Positions 1-9,204 of a stretch of 51,838 nucleotides of DNA are shown here, in pieces. A program made the position numbers and the translations under genes. How positions within the stretch are numbered: the first letter of the stretch is position 1; the number at the start of each line of letters is the position of its first letter. The DNA comes from an uncultured bacterium. Lineage in GTDB: Bacteria > Patescibacteriota > Microgenomatia > UBA1400 > PJMF01. The notes beneath the pieces were generated by a model. That model was not told where the DNA came from and searched no databases. It saw only the letters and a list, made by a program, of their open reading frames with translations. The stretch covers positions 1 to 51,838 of the forward strand of contig CAJBWJ010000032.1 of assembly GCA_903959355.1 (NCBI GenBank), in the 5' to 3' direction.

Positions 1-289
1 TAATTTTTCTAAAAACCACGTGAAAGATGTTCTTACCAAAAACATCATATTGAACATCATCAACTAAGACAGGAACTTCGCTTTTTTCACCTTCAATTTG
101 AAGATAAACGATAGCGTTTTCATTCAAATGACGAGACAACTTTACAAAAGCAAGATTATTTAATTCTAAAGAAACAGAGTCTTTTCCAGCCTGATACATA
201 TTGGCAGGAACAATACCCTCTTTACGCAATTGATTGACTTTTTTATCCTGTCTCTTAGAAACAGCAAATTTAATTTTTTCCATACTCAT
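1..289 (-). CDS. rplY: 50S ribosomal protein L25/Ctc, N-terminal part (runs off the window edge)
   Basis: Not in the ORF track; my translation is MSMEKIKFAVSKRQDKKVNQLRKEGIVPANMYQAGKDSVSLEL...VLVDDVQYDVFGKNIFHVVFRKI. LRxxGxVPAxxY and VQxD...HvdF-like motifs are typical of L25. AAAGG lies upstream. The start is at 289 or 283. Confidence 0.9.
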   Translation of the reverse strand, partial: MSMEKIKFAVSKRQDKKVNQLRKEGIVPANMYQAGKDSVSLELNNLAFVKLSRHLNENAIVYLQIEGEKSEVPVLVDDVQYDVFGKNIFHVVFRKI

Positions 290-477
290 TACCTTTCTTG
301 GTTAACAGGCAGTTATTTTAACACAATAAGCCTTGACTTAAAAGCCAGCGTTATTAATAACAAACTATATCAAACTAAAAAGAGTTTTGTAATATTGGAT
401 ATGGCAAAAAGACTGCTGCCAAAGCAAAATTATTAATCCTAAAAAATAAAGCACGTGGAAATTAAGGCTTTTGTTCT

Positions 478-3411
478 CTACTCACTGAAGTTAATGGCAA
501 ACAAAAAATGATCTAGATTGTCATTCTCGAAGCGAATAGTCTTATCCTGATAAATAGCTTGGGGAGCGATGAGTTGTGGCTTAAATTGCTCATCAAAAAC
601 TATGTTGTAATTTGTTTTCTTAGAAAAAATTCCTGGTTGTTTTTGATCGAAAAAAACATAGGAAAATGGGGGGTTCATTTTATTTGGAACAAGATATGTA
701 ATCGAGAGTTCAATCTTAGATTGTTTTGGAATTTCCAAAAGAACAGATATTTCTTTGCCATCAACCGTATCAACTATTTTAATTCTTTGTTCTTCTAACT
801 TTTGACTATTAATCTCAATTTTTTCCAAACTTGCCTCTGGATTTAAATAAAACTTTAAATAATTACGATAAGCTCCAAGGGGCCAAATGTCAGTTTTTGA
901 AAAATTTTCAAAAGTAATTTTGCGCTTGTGACGTATGAAATCCTTGCTTATTCCAAGATTGTGCTCAATTGTTTCTCTAATATAAGGATTAACCTTATTT
1001 ATTCCCACGTTATTCTCCACTTGATATAAAGAGTCTAAAAGACAATTTTCTTGTTTAAATTCTGCTGGACAGATTACTCCAATTTTTTTGCCGCTCCAAG
1101 AATTAGCTTCAATTGCCTGTTGCAATCCTTGATTGCTGGTCTGAATTAAGATTTCTCTTTGATTTAGATGCTCAGTTAAAAGATTGCTGAAGGCAGCAAA
1201 GGAGTTTCCATTTAATTCTAATGTCTTTTTAAACAAGGCTTTGGCAAACTGCCAGGTAAATTTCTCATCACCAATATTTTTGTAATCCAGGGAGGCAGTT
1301 TTCTCCTGTCTTTCTAAATAATTAGAGGCATTAATCAGAAGATTCTCTCCTAAATCTACTCCATCTAAAACTCTCAGTAGTTCAGCTATTGTTTTAGTGT
1401 TAAGAGCTAATGTTAAATCAATTTTTGATCCGGTAATCTGCTCTACAAACCATGCAATTTCTTGACTACTTTTGACAAAATCAGCTTGCCAATTACTGTC
1501 TCTAAGATAAAGCGAGTTTTCCCCAAGTATGTCTTTTATTTCTTGATTGGATTCTTTGCGACCATAGATTCTTGAATCAAGATCGTTCACATCTAAAATT
1601 TGCTTGTCTACCAAAACGGCATTGTCAAAACTTAAGAGAATTACTTCTGTTAAAAATCCTCCAGTTGATCTGATTTCACTGCTATCTTGAATTAAGATAA
1701 GAAAGTTAACTCTGCCTGGAGAAAGCATTAAATCTCTAAATGAGGTAAAAAATCTTTTAAATTGCAGAGCATCTCTGAGCGCTGTTTTATTTGTGTTAAG
1801 ACTAGATTGCCAAACAGTTCTCTCCTCTCCCTGATATAGATCAAGGTTTAAAGACATTAAATAAGAGTTAAATATTTTTTCTTTTTCTATTTTTTCATCT
1901 GTTGATAAGGCTAAATCACCATAAGATTGCTTCAATTCCACTCCCCCTTCAAGGGTTTTTTTATATAAATCGTAAGCTATTTTTTGGTTTTTATTTTTAC
2001 TTTCAAAAAGAGATGCTAGGGAATCATTTAGCCTTCTAACATCTAAGGCATCACTAAGATTTTCTTCTGAAAAAATCTTCGAATATTGGTTTAGTTGAAA
2101 ATTAAAAAAGCTATAAAGAACTGACTTATCAATGTTTTCTATTCCATCTCCTTTGTTTTTAACTGAATTAAAAAGCTGGTGTTGGAGGTTTTTATAACTC
2201 GCATTAAAAAGAAAAAACAAACCGATAAACACAGAACCCAAACCAAAACCAACGGTTCCAATCCAAAAAAGAATTTTTCTTTTTTTGCTTTTTTTAATAA
2301 TTTCTTTACCCTGACTTATATTTTTTACTTGGCGAGCTTTTTTGGCTTGTTTTCTTTGAGTAGAGAACAGGCTTTCGATTTTTGTAGCAAACTCAGAGCT
2401 TGAATTCACATCCTCGGGTTCTTTTTGTGGCTCTTTATGGGCTTGATTAATCAAATCCAATACTTGCTTGCTTTCTTTTTCTTCAAGCCCCTTAATTGCC
2501 AGCTCTTTTTCTTGCTCCCTAATCTTATGCAATTTATTCATCTCTAGAGCTTTTATTATATTTGCTTCAGAAGGCATTGTTAAAGATATTTCGCTATCTG
2601 ATTTGGAAATATCTCTAATTTTTTGATCAATAAGATTTTCGATTTGTACTCTAGAATTATTGACAACAGCGAATTCTTGAAGAAAAAGAGGTTTTTTTTC
2701 ATCAGAGAAAAGCTCAACCAATAAAAGCTTCTTTTGAAAATATTGCTCATAAAGATAAGTAATATTTTTAAGCAACTTAGCTGAAGAAAGAGAAGATCCT
2801 TTAATAACAAATTTTGCAGAGTGATGAGGCTTAATCAAATGATCTTTAATTAAATTAAAAAAACTCAATTCATCCTGGAAATAAAACTTTGCTTGCAAAT
2901 CAAACAAATACCCTTGCTTAATTGCAGAAAAAAACAGGAGTAGAGGGTGACTAATTTTTTTATTATTAATTAATATGTCTTGAGATAAAAAAACGAGACT
3001 TCGATTAAACTTTAAAATAAAATCTTTCAAGAAAGTCGCCTGGTTTTTTAAGTGTTTTTTATATTCTGGAACAAAATCATCTAAAATATCTAGAGTTGTA
3101 GTAAAAGGAGAAATTAAAATAATAGGAATATTCTCTTTTTGTTGCTCATTCAATAAATCAAAAAAATCAAAAATTCTGAGATACAGGTCTTGAGAATTAG
3201 AGTGAAAACCATAAATAAAAATAATTTTATAAACTCTCTTAATCTGTTTAGCGATTTTTTCATACTCTAAGAAAAAACTTTGATCGAGATTCACCAACTC
3301 TACATCTAAAGAATTAGATTTTAAAAAGTCAGTTGTCATTTTTGGAATAAAAAGATCAGTTTCAGAAACCACTAAAACGATTGGTTTTTCTTCCTCTGAG
3401 TGATAGAGCAT
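478..3411 (-). CDS. DUF4012-domain membrane protein with a long cytoplasmic N-terminal region
   Basis: One TM segment (ILFWIGTVGFGLGSVFIGLFFLF). It is followed by LILIQDSSEIRSTGGF, LYLRDSNWQADF, VENNVGINKVN and DQKQPG, matching DUF4012-family motifs. Confidence 0.75.
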   Translation of the reverse strand: MLYHSEEEKPIVLVVSETDLFIPKMTTDFLKSNSLDVELVNLDQSFFLEYEKIAKQIKRVYKIIFIYGFHSNSQDLYLRIFDFFDLLNEQQKENIPIILISPFTTTLDILDDFVPEYKKHLKNQATFLKDFILKFNRSLVFLSQDILINNKKISHPLLLFFSAIKQGYLFDLQAKFYFQDELSFFNLIKDHLIKPHHSAKFVIKGSSLSSAKLLKNITYLYEQYFQKKLLLVELFSDEKKPLFLQEFAVVNNSRVQIENLIDQKIRDISKSDSEISLTMPSEANIIKALEMNKLHKIREQEKELAIKGLEEKESKQVLDLINQAHKEPQKEPEDVNSSSEFATKIESLFSTQRKQAKKARQVKNISQGKEIIKKSKKRKILFWIGTVGFGLGSVFIGLFFLFNASYKNLQHQLFNSVKNKGDGIENIDKSVLYSFFNFQLNQYSKIFSEENLSDALDVRRLNDSLASLFESKNKNQKIAYDLYKKTLEGGVELKQSYGDLALSTDEKIEKEKIFNSYLMSLNLDLYQGEERTVWQSSLNTNKTALRDALQFKRFFTSFRDLMLSPGRVNFLILIQDSSEIRSTGGFLTEVILLSFDNAVLVDKQILDVNDLDSRIYGRKESNQEIKDILGENSLYLRDSNWQADFVKSSQEIAWFVEQITGSKIDLTLALNTKTIAELLRVLDGVDLGENLLINASNYLERQEKTASLDYKNIGDEKFTWQFAKALFKKTLELNGNSFAAFSNLLTEHLNQREILIQTSNQGLQQAIEANSWSGKKIGVICPAEFKQENCLLDSLYQVENNVGINKVNPYIRETIEHNLGISKDFIRHKRKITFENFSKTDIWPLGAYRNYLKFYLNPEASLEKIEINSQKLEEQRIKIVDTVDGKEISVLLEIPKQSKIELSITYLVPNKMNPPFSYVFFDQKQPGIFSKKTNYNIVFDEQFKPQLIAPQAIYQDKTIRFENDNLDHFLFAINFSE

Positions 3412-3469
3412 TACTAAAACATTCTAGAACAAAAAACAAAGGGGAACAAAGCCTATTAAAATTTTACAA

Positions 3470-3889
3470 TTATTTACCGTCATCCATGGCCTGATTGGCC
3501 AGCATATCCGCCATTTGATTTTCTATTCTTGGAATATGTTTTATTTCACAAGAAGAATAGGGGATTAATTTTAAAAGCTTCCAATTTTCTTCAGCCAAAA
3601 TTCTGAGATGAGCTTCTTTGATTTTCCAATTTTTATTCATTTGTTCAACTACTAGTTTAGAATCCAGCTTAAAAACAATCGCTGTTTTTTCTTTAAAATT
3701 ATTTTTTAGATAATTTAAAGCTAAATTCATGGCTAAATATTCAGCTTCATTATTTGTTTTTATTCCAAGAAATTTATATTCTCGATGAATTTCTTGATTA
3801 TTTTCGTCGGTAACAAAAACACCAATTCCGGCTGGACCGGGATTTCCTCTTGAACCACCATCAGTAAAAACAATAATTTTTCCCTGCAT
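3470..3889 (-). CDS. rnhA: Ribonuclease HI (Bacillus/archaeal-type)
   Basis: FTDGGSRGNPGPAGIG, TNNEAEY, LDSKLVVEQM and RIENQMADMLAN supply the D-E-D-D catalytic set. Confidence 0.95.
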   Translation of the reverse strand: MQGKIIVFTDGGSRGNPGPAGIGVFVTDENNQEIHREYKFLGIKTNNEAEYLAMNLALNYLKNNFKEKTAIVFKLDSKLVVEQMNKNWKIKEAHLRILAEENWKLLKLIPYSSCEIKHIPRIENQMADMLANQAMDDGK

Positions 3890-3921
3890 ATTTGCCGCTT
3901 TATTAACGCAAAGCCTGGTAA

Positions 3922-4380
3922 TTAATTTTCTTTAAATTTGATAACCAGAACCCTCTCTTCATCTCTGTCTTCGGAAAAACTTTCAACTTCTTTAAGGGTT
4001 TCGTCTGCTGCTAAAGCACTGTGCACAAGATAGCGCTCATAAGAATTTAGGTCGTACATTTCTTGAGATTGTTTTGTTTCCAACACCTTACGTGCAATTC
4101 CGAGAGCTTTTTCTTTAAGTCTATCTTCAGATGCGCTTCTATATTCATTAATATCAAGAATTATTCTTTTATCAGGAAATTCATCCTTAAATGAAAGTTT
4201 GGTTAAAAGCTCAATTGCCTCAAGAGTTTCACCGCGATTGCCTATTAATAGGGCAACGTCGGTAGCTGGAACTGTAATTGCAATTTTTAGACGATCATCT
4301 AATTCTTCGAGAAGAATCTCAAAGTCATCGTCTACTCCTAAATGTTTAATTAATTTTTCTAAATATTCTTGTATTTTCAT
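3922..4380 (-). CDS. jag: Jag/KhpB/EloR RNA-binding protein (KH + R3H, no Jag_N domain)
   Basis: KH motif LLIGNRGETLEAIE, ILDINEYR and R3H motif ERYLVH. Canonical position after yidC. Confidence 0.88.
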   Translation of the reverse strand: MKIQEYLEKLIKHLGVDDDFEILLEELDDRLKIAITVPATDVALLIGNRGETLEAIELLTKLSFKDEFPDKRIILDINEYRSASEDRLKEKALGIARKVLETKQSQEMYDLNSYERYLVHSALAADETLKEVESFSEDRDEERVLVIKFKEN

Positions 4381-4389
4381 TTTTACTTT

Positions 4390-5361
4390 CTATCTTTTTT
4401 TATTTTTACGATTTTGTTTAATGTCTTTTTTAGATTTAGTTGCTCTTTTATTTTTTGGCTTAGTAGGACTTTTGTTTCCATCTATGCTTTTAAGGACGCT
4501 GGCTAAAGATTCACTATTAGATTTTTTAGCAAAGATTTCATTTTTTTTAATATATATCTTACTTGGAATTTTGGTAAGAGATTTATCATTTGAAATATTT
4601 AGATATTTGCCTTTTAGTGGACCGACCGCTGCCACATATTTATTCCAATACATTGCTAGTCCACCCCAACCAGAAATAAAATATTGAGTAACAATGGTAA
4701 TTATTGTTCCAATTACCCAGTAGAGAGCTAGTCCTGATGGAAGTTTGAGAGCTATAAAAACAGTCATAATAGGCATTAAAAAAATCATTTGCTGCTGCAT
4801 TGTAGAAGCCATCTCGGCGAGATCTTCTTCTTTTTTATTTGCTTCTTGGACGTTTTGAAGTTTGGAGTCATTGCTAACTATGTCTCTAGTTTGAGTTGCT
4901 GGAGAAATCATCAAAGACAAGAAAAATTGAGTTATACCGGCAATAATTGGCAAAATATAAGTTTTATCAGCTTGTCCTAAATTTACCCATAAAAATGTTA
5001 GGTTAAATTGAGAGCCGGTATTATTAAAAAGACCAATAATGCTTTGATAGAGCACAATCAAAATAAAGAACTGTAAAAGTTGTGGCAAACAGCCAGCTAA
5101 AGGATTAATATTATAACTTTTGTAAAGCTGTGCTTGAGCTAAAGCTAGACCTTGTTTATCTTTACCATGTTTTTCTTTAAGCTTTTTCATCTCTGGCTGA
5201 AGCTCTTGGATTTTTTTGCTAGATTTAATACTTGGAAGAGTTAGTGGCAATAAAATTAAACGAATTAAAATCGTAAAAACGATAATGGTTAAACCGAGAT
5301 TATTAAAAATTGAGTCTAAAAAAATTAAGACGGAAGAAAAAAAGTTAATAAAAATATTCAT
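4390..5361 (-). CDS. yidC: Membrane protein insertase YidC/Oxa1
   Basis: LGLTIIVFTILIRLILLPL, LQPEMKKLKEKH, NPLAGCLPQLLQ and PSGLALYW. Ends in a long basic tail. Confidence 0.95.
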   Translation of the reverse strand: MNIFINFFSSVLIFLDSIFNNLGLTIIVFTILIRLILLPLTLPSIKSSKKIQELQPEMKKLKEKHGKDKQGLALAQAQLYKSYNINPLAGCLPQLLQFFILIVLYQSIIGLFNNTGSQFNLTFLWVNLGQADKTYILPIIAGITQFFLSLMISPATQTRDIVSNDSKLQNVQEANKKEEDLAEMASTMQQQMIFLMPIMTVFIALKLPSGLALYWVIGTIITIVTQYFISGWGGLAMYWNKYVAAVGPLKGKYLNISNDKSLTKIPSKIYIKKNEIFAKKSNSESLASVLKSIDGNKSPTKPKNKRATKSKKDIKQNRKNKKR

Positions 5362-5370
5362 TTAATTATC

Positions 5371-5559
5371 CTAAAATCTGAGGCAGTTTAAACTTCGCCA
5401 TAAACCTTGTAATAACCCGACAATTGTACCATTTTTTTTAATTTGCGCAGCTGTGTATCTGCTGCAGCTAGGAGTCTGATGACAAGAGAAAGAAGAACCA
5501 AAAAGAGTAAAAAAGATTTGATGCTTAAAAGCTGCTAAAAAATTATAAATTCTTGGCAT
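5371..5559 (-). CDS. yidD: Membrane protein insertion efficiency factor YidD
   Basis: Three-Cys pattern CHQTPSCSRY...G...WRSLNC (canonical CRFxPTCSxY...RC). Sits between rnpA and yidC. Confidence 0.8.
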   Translation of the reverse strand: MPRIYNFLAAFKHQIFFTLFGSSFSCHQTPSCSRYTAAQIKKNGTIVGLLQGLWRSLNCLRF

Positions 5560-5902
5560 TTATCTTTTCTATTAGAGTAGAGAAGTCTTCTCTTAAAAGA
5601 TTCTCGTCTTTTACAAAAGTTCTTTTAATAACAATTACTAGGTCGTTTTTTTTAAGTAAAGAAAATTTATTTTTCTCAATTTGTTTTTCAAGAAGACTAT
5701 ATTGCATGCGACGAAAATGATTTCTATCTGTAGCTTTACTAAAGATTACTTTTGGACTCAGGCACGCAACTTTTAAAAATTCATCATTTTCTCTCAGATA
5801 TGCCAAAAAAAATCTAGAAGAAAAGAAAGAAGATTCTCCTTTTTGAAAAATAGAAGAATTCTTTTCTAAAGAAAGATTTAATCGGTGTTTTTTAGCTAAC
5901 AT
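5543..5902 (-). CDS. rnpA: Ribonuclease P protein component
   Basis: MLAKKHRL start and RNR-like motif KATDRNHFRR. Lies between rpmH and yidD. Confidence 0.82.
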   Translation of the reverse strand: MLAKKHRLNLSLEKNSSIFQKGESSFFSSRFFLAYLRENDEFLKVACLSPKVIFSKATDRNHFRRMQYSLLEKQIEKNKFSLLKKNDLVIVIKRTFVKDENLLREDFSTLIEKINAKNL

Positions 5903-5913
5903 TTATTATAAGT

Positions 5914-6060
5914 TTACCAATGCTTGGCAACGGCTAGTCTTTTACGACCTTTAGCACGACGACGTTTAATGACAATTTGTCCAGTCAAGGTTTGCATTCT
6001 CTTCAAGAAGCCATGCATTCTCATTCTCTTTTTTTTCTTTGGATTCCATGTTCTTTGCAT
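5914..6060 (-). CDS. rpmH: 50S ribosomal protein L34
   Basis: Below the ORF-track size cutoff; my translation is [48 protein letters not shown]. Confidence 0.97.
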   Translation of the reverse strand: MQRTWNPKKKKRMRMHGFLKRMQTLTGQIVIKRRRAKGRKRLAVAKHW

Positions 6061-6099
6061 AAGTTAGTGATTATATCATAAAAAATATTGCTTTAAAGA

Positions 6100-7209
6100 C
6101 TAACTGTTGACTCTAAAAGGCATTGCTATATAGAAATAATCGTCTATTTTTTTGTCTTTAAAAACAGCTGGTTTTAGACTTTCATTCATTCCAAATTCCA
6201 GAGAATCTGGTTTTACTGCGTTAATAAAATCAATTAAATAATTAACATTAAAAGCGATTTCTCCATCTTCGCTTGATAGGTTGTTAATTAGAATCTCTCC
6301 AGAATAATCTCCGAGGGCGGGGGATTGAGAAGTGATATTCATTTTGTCTTTTTCTATTTTTATTTTAACAATATTGGAGACATCTCTTGAAAAAATAGCT
6401 GCTCTCTTAAGCTGTGTCAAAAATTCCTCACCATCAAATTCTATTTTTAAAGAAAAACTTGGAGGAATAATTTTTTCATAAGGAGGGTAATCTCCTTCAA
6501 TTAATCTCACATACATTTCAACTCCATTAATTTTAAACAGAAGCTGCTTTAATTCATCTGAGACTAATATTTCTATACTCTCAACATTAATTTGTTTAGC
6601 GATTCTATATAGCTCATTCAGCGCCTTAGCTGGGATTAAGATCGTTCTTTCTTTCTTAGAATTAATGTCTCTTAGGATTAGATTGCTTAAACGGAAACCA
6701 TCCGTTGCTACGACTTCTAAGCCATGTTGTCCAAATTTTAATAAAAGAGCTGTGAGAATTGGTCTGGACTGATCTATTCCGGCGCAAAAAGAGACTAGAT
6801 TTTGAATTTTCTCCAAGTCTTTTAAATCAAAAATGAAAGAATCTCCTTCAACTACTGGAAAGTTTGGAAATTCATCACTCTTTTGACAAGACAATTTACT
6901 TACAGTCTTATTTTGAGTAATTATCAAAGAGTTTTCTTTTAATTCAATCTCAACTTTTCCGTTATCCAAAGAATTTATTAAGCTTTTAAAAAGTTCTCCA
7001 TTGACTATCAATTCTCCTTCTTCTTCTATTTCAACTATCAATTTTGTTTTTATTCCTAAATAAAGATCTGTCGCTGAGAGGGTTAATTCATTGTCTTTTG
7101 CTTTTAACAGAATAGAAGAAAGAATAGTAATTTGAGGTTTATTAGGAATTACTTTCTGTAGGTAGTTTAGCGAGTTTTTTAAATTTTCTTGTAAAACTTT
7201 TAGTTTCAT
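6100..7209 (-). CDS. dnaN: DNA polymerase III beta sliding clamp
   Basis: SATDL, VATDGFRLS, RLIEGDYPPY, IAFNVNYL and C-terminal MPFR. Lies downstream of dnaA. Confidence 0.98.
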   Translation of the reverse strand: MKLKVLQENLKNSLNYLQKVIPNKPQITILSSILLKAKDNELTLSATDLYLGIKTKLIVEIEEEGELIVNGELFKSLINSLDNGKVEIELKENSLIITQNKTVSKLSCQKSDEFPNFPVVEGDSFIFDLKDLEKIQNLVSFCAGIDQSRPILTALLLKFGQHGLEVVATDGFRLSNLILRDINSKKERTILIPAKALNELYRIAKQINVESIEILVSDELKQLLFKINGVEMYVRLIEGDYPPYEKIIPPSFSLKIEFDGEEFLTQLKRAAIFSRDVSNIVKIKIEKDKMNITSQSPALGDYSGEILINNLSSEDGEIAFNVNYLIDFINAVKPDSLEFGMNESLKPAVFKDKKIDDYFYIAMPFRVNS

Positions 7210-7516
7210 ATTTTCTTTTACTTAATTATATATTCTTAGTAGTTGTAGTAGTAGGGCATGTGAATAAGTTAATATTTTTGTTTGTTTCTTCTAGTATTTA
7301 TTCAAATGCTGCAGTTCATAAGTGGCGTTATTTTGTTAATTATTTTGTTGAATTATGTAGAACTCTGTCTAAAACTATTATAACTTTTCAACAGTCCTAT
7401 AAGCTTTTTGAGTTATTGTTAACAATGTTTTAACTTTTTATCAACCGAATTTTCCACAATTGTTAATAACTTTGTTTTTATTTTATTTAATACTTAATTT
7501 TTAAAAGATGTATCAA
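7210..7516. other. Chromosomal replication origin (oriC) between dnaA and dnaN
   Basis: AT-only tract at 7222-7234, then trinucleotide run TAG TAG TTG TAG TAG TAG (7237-7254), GGCA spacer and perfect DnaA box TGTGAATAA (7259-7267). Further boxes: TTTTCCACA 7450-7458 (perfect), TTTTCAACA 7385-7393 and TGTTAATAA 7461-7469 (1 mismatch each). Confidence 0.9.
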
Positions 7517-9094
7517 TTAATTTGAGATAGCTATCAGTGACATTTTCATTGCAGAAACGTCTTGCTGAATACTTTGGTTTAAAATTAAATCTTGCTCAAT
7601 TTTTTTAACAGCATGAATAACACTACTATGATCTCTTCCTGAAAACCACTGGCCTATTTCCTCGAGAGGGATTTGAAGTTCGTTTCTAAGTAGATACATG
7701 GCAATATGTCTTGCTTTAACTAATTCTTTACTTCTTCTTTTACCACGAACAGCGCTTTGTTTCATTCTGTAATGATTGGCAACAGTTTTGATGATATCTT
7801 GAGGTTTAGCCTTGATTATTTTTTGTTGATTTTGTTTTATTTCGCTCTGTAATATTTTATCAATTAAAACTGAATCTAGAGACAAATTTTGTAGCTCAAC
7901 TGCTGATCTAATTTTTTTAATAATTCCTTCAATTCTTCTAGCACTATCCACCTGTGACGCTATCTTTTGAGCTAATTCAATTGGTATATCAAGTTTATTT
8001 GATTGAGCTTTTAATAAAAGAATTGCAGTTCTTAGCTCAAAAGTTGGTTGCTGAATATCAATCATCAATCCGGCCTCAAAACGAGATCTCAAGCGATCTT
8101 CAAGAAGACTTATCTCCTGAGGCGGACGATCTGAGGTAAGAATAATTTGAGAGTTGATGGAAGTAAGAGCATTAAAAGTATGAAAAAACTCTTCTTGAAC
8201 AGAATTTTTGCCAGCGATAAACTGAATATCGTCTAAAAGAAGAAGGTCTGTTTTGCGATATTTATTTTTTAATTGCAGTGTCGTGTGGCTTTTTATTGCT
8301 CTGACTATTTCATTCGTGAACTGTTCTCCGGAAGCATAAATAATTTCTGCTTCTGGATTGTTTTTAAGCATGTGATGGGCGACAGCATGAATAAGATGAG
8401 TTTTACCAACTCCAACCCCTCCATATAAGAAAAGAGGATTATAGCTTGTTCCTGGATTATTGGCGACGGCGGTGGCAGCTGCATGAGCCATCTCATTGCT
8501 AGATGAAACAGCGAAACTCTCAAAAGTATAGTCTTGACGGAGTCCAATCTGTTGAGCGCGAACCTTAATTCTGTCAAAAGTATTGTTATTAATATTCGCT
8601 TGAGAAAAAAGCTCTTCTACGGTTGGAGATTGTCTATTTCCTTGGTCGTTGCTAAAACTTTTATTGACGATCAAATTATTTTTGAATTCATTATAGTTTT
8701 GTTTGTTTATTTCTTCATGGCTTGGGGAATGTTGCTGTTGAGGATTGCTCTTTGAAAGATTTTCTCCAAAAGCCTCTCTATTTGGATTATTTGAATTAGC
8801 TGATCTTTTTAAATCAGTGACAACAAACTCTATTTCCAGTGGTTTGTTAATATATTTTTCTAATGCTGTTTTTATTTGAGAATATAAGTTCGATTTTAAA
8901 TTCGTTACATGAAAGCCAGTCATGCATGAAATTGTCGCAATTGCATTCTGGTCGTTTTCAATTTTAATTGAAGTCAAGGGGCTTGGAACAATCCAAGTAT
9001 TAAAAAAAGCAGGACTAAGACTGGCTTCTAAATCAACTTTAGCCATCTGCCAAATTTGCTTGATGGTTTCCGAATCATAGACTTGCTCTGACAT
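7517..9094 (-). CDS. dnaA: Chromosomal replication initiator DnaA
   Basis: YNPLFLYGGVGVGKTHL, LLLDDIQF, QEEFFHTFN, RLRSRFEAGL and GRDHSSV. Domain II is long and N/Q/S-rich. Confidence 0.99.
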   Translation of the reverse strand: MSEQVYDSETIKQIWQMAKVDLEASLSPAFFNTWIVPSPLTSIKIENDQNAIATISCMTGFHVTNLKSNLYSQIKTALEKYINKPLEIEFVVTDLKRSANSNNPNREAFGENLSKSNPQQQHSPSHEEINKQNYNEFKNNLIVNKSFSNDQGNRQSPTVEELFSQANINNNTFDRIKVRAQQIGLRQDYTFESFAVSSSNEMAHAAATAVANNPGTSYNPLFLYGGVGVGKTHLIHAVAHHMLKNNPEAEIIYASGEQFTNEIVRAIKSHTTLQLKNKYRKTDLLLLDDIQFIAGKNSVQEEFFHTFNALTSINSQIILTSDRPPQEISLLEDRLRSRFEAGLMIDIQQPTFELRTAILLLKAQSNKLDIPIELAQKIASQVDSARRIEGIIKKIRSAVELQNLSLDSVLIDKILQSEIKQNQQKIIKAKPQDIIKTVANHYRMKQSAVRGKRRSKELVKARHIAMYLLRNELQIPLEEIGQWFSGRDHSSVIHAVKKIEQDLILNQSIQQDVSAMKMSLIAISN

Positions 9095-9155
9095 TTTTTG
9101 TCTTTCTTTAAAATTAAGAACAGGGTGGGGCAGTAAATAAGCGAACTAGTGCTTA

Positions 9156-9185
9156 CTTATACACAAGGTTTTCCACAGTTAGCAA
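9156..9185 (-). promoter_or_regulatory. Putative dnaA promoter overlapped by two tandem DnaA boxes
   Basis: Perfect boxes TTATACACA (9157-9165) and TTTTCCACA (9169-9177). The minus strand reads TTGCTA-18 nt-TATAAG across them. Confidence 0.7.
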
Positions 9186-9204
9186 GGGGCAATTTTTGAA
9201 ACTA

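Noticed and set aside
230..436. 68-aa + strand ORF
   Set aside because: It is antisense to the rplY start and promoter, has a TTG start and shows no protein-like features.
4199..4687. 162-aa + strand ORF, and the many similar antisense ORFs in the track (e.g. 19283-19753, 23014-23433, 26791-27108, 50963-51289)
   Set aside because: They are shadows of well-supported genes on the opposite strand, with no motifs.
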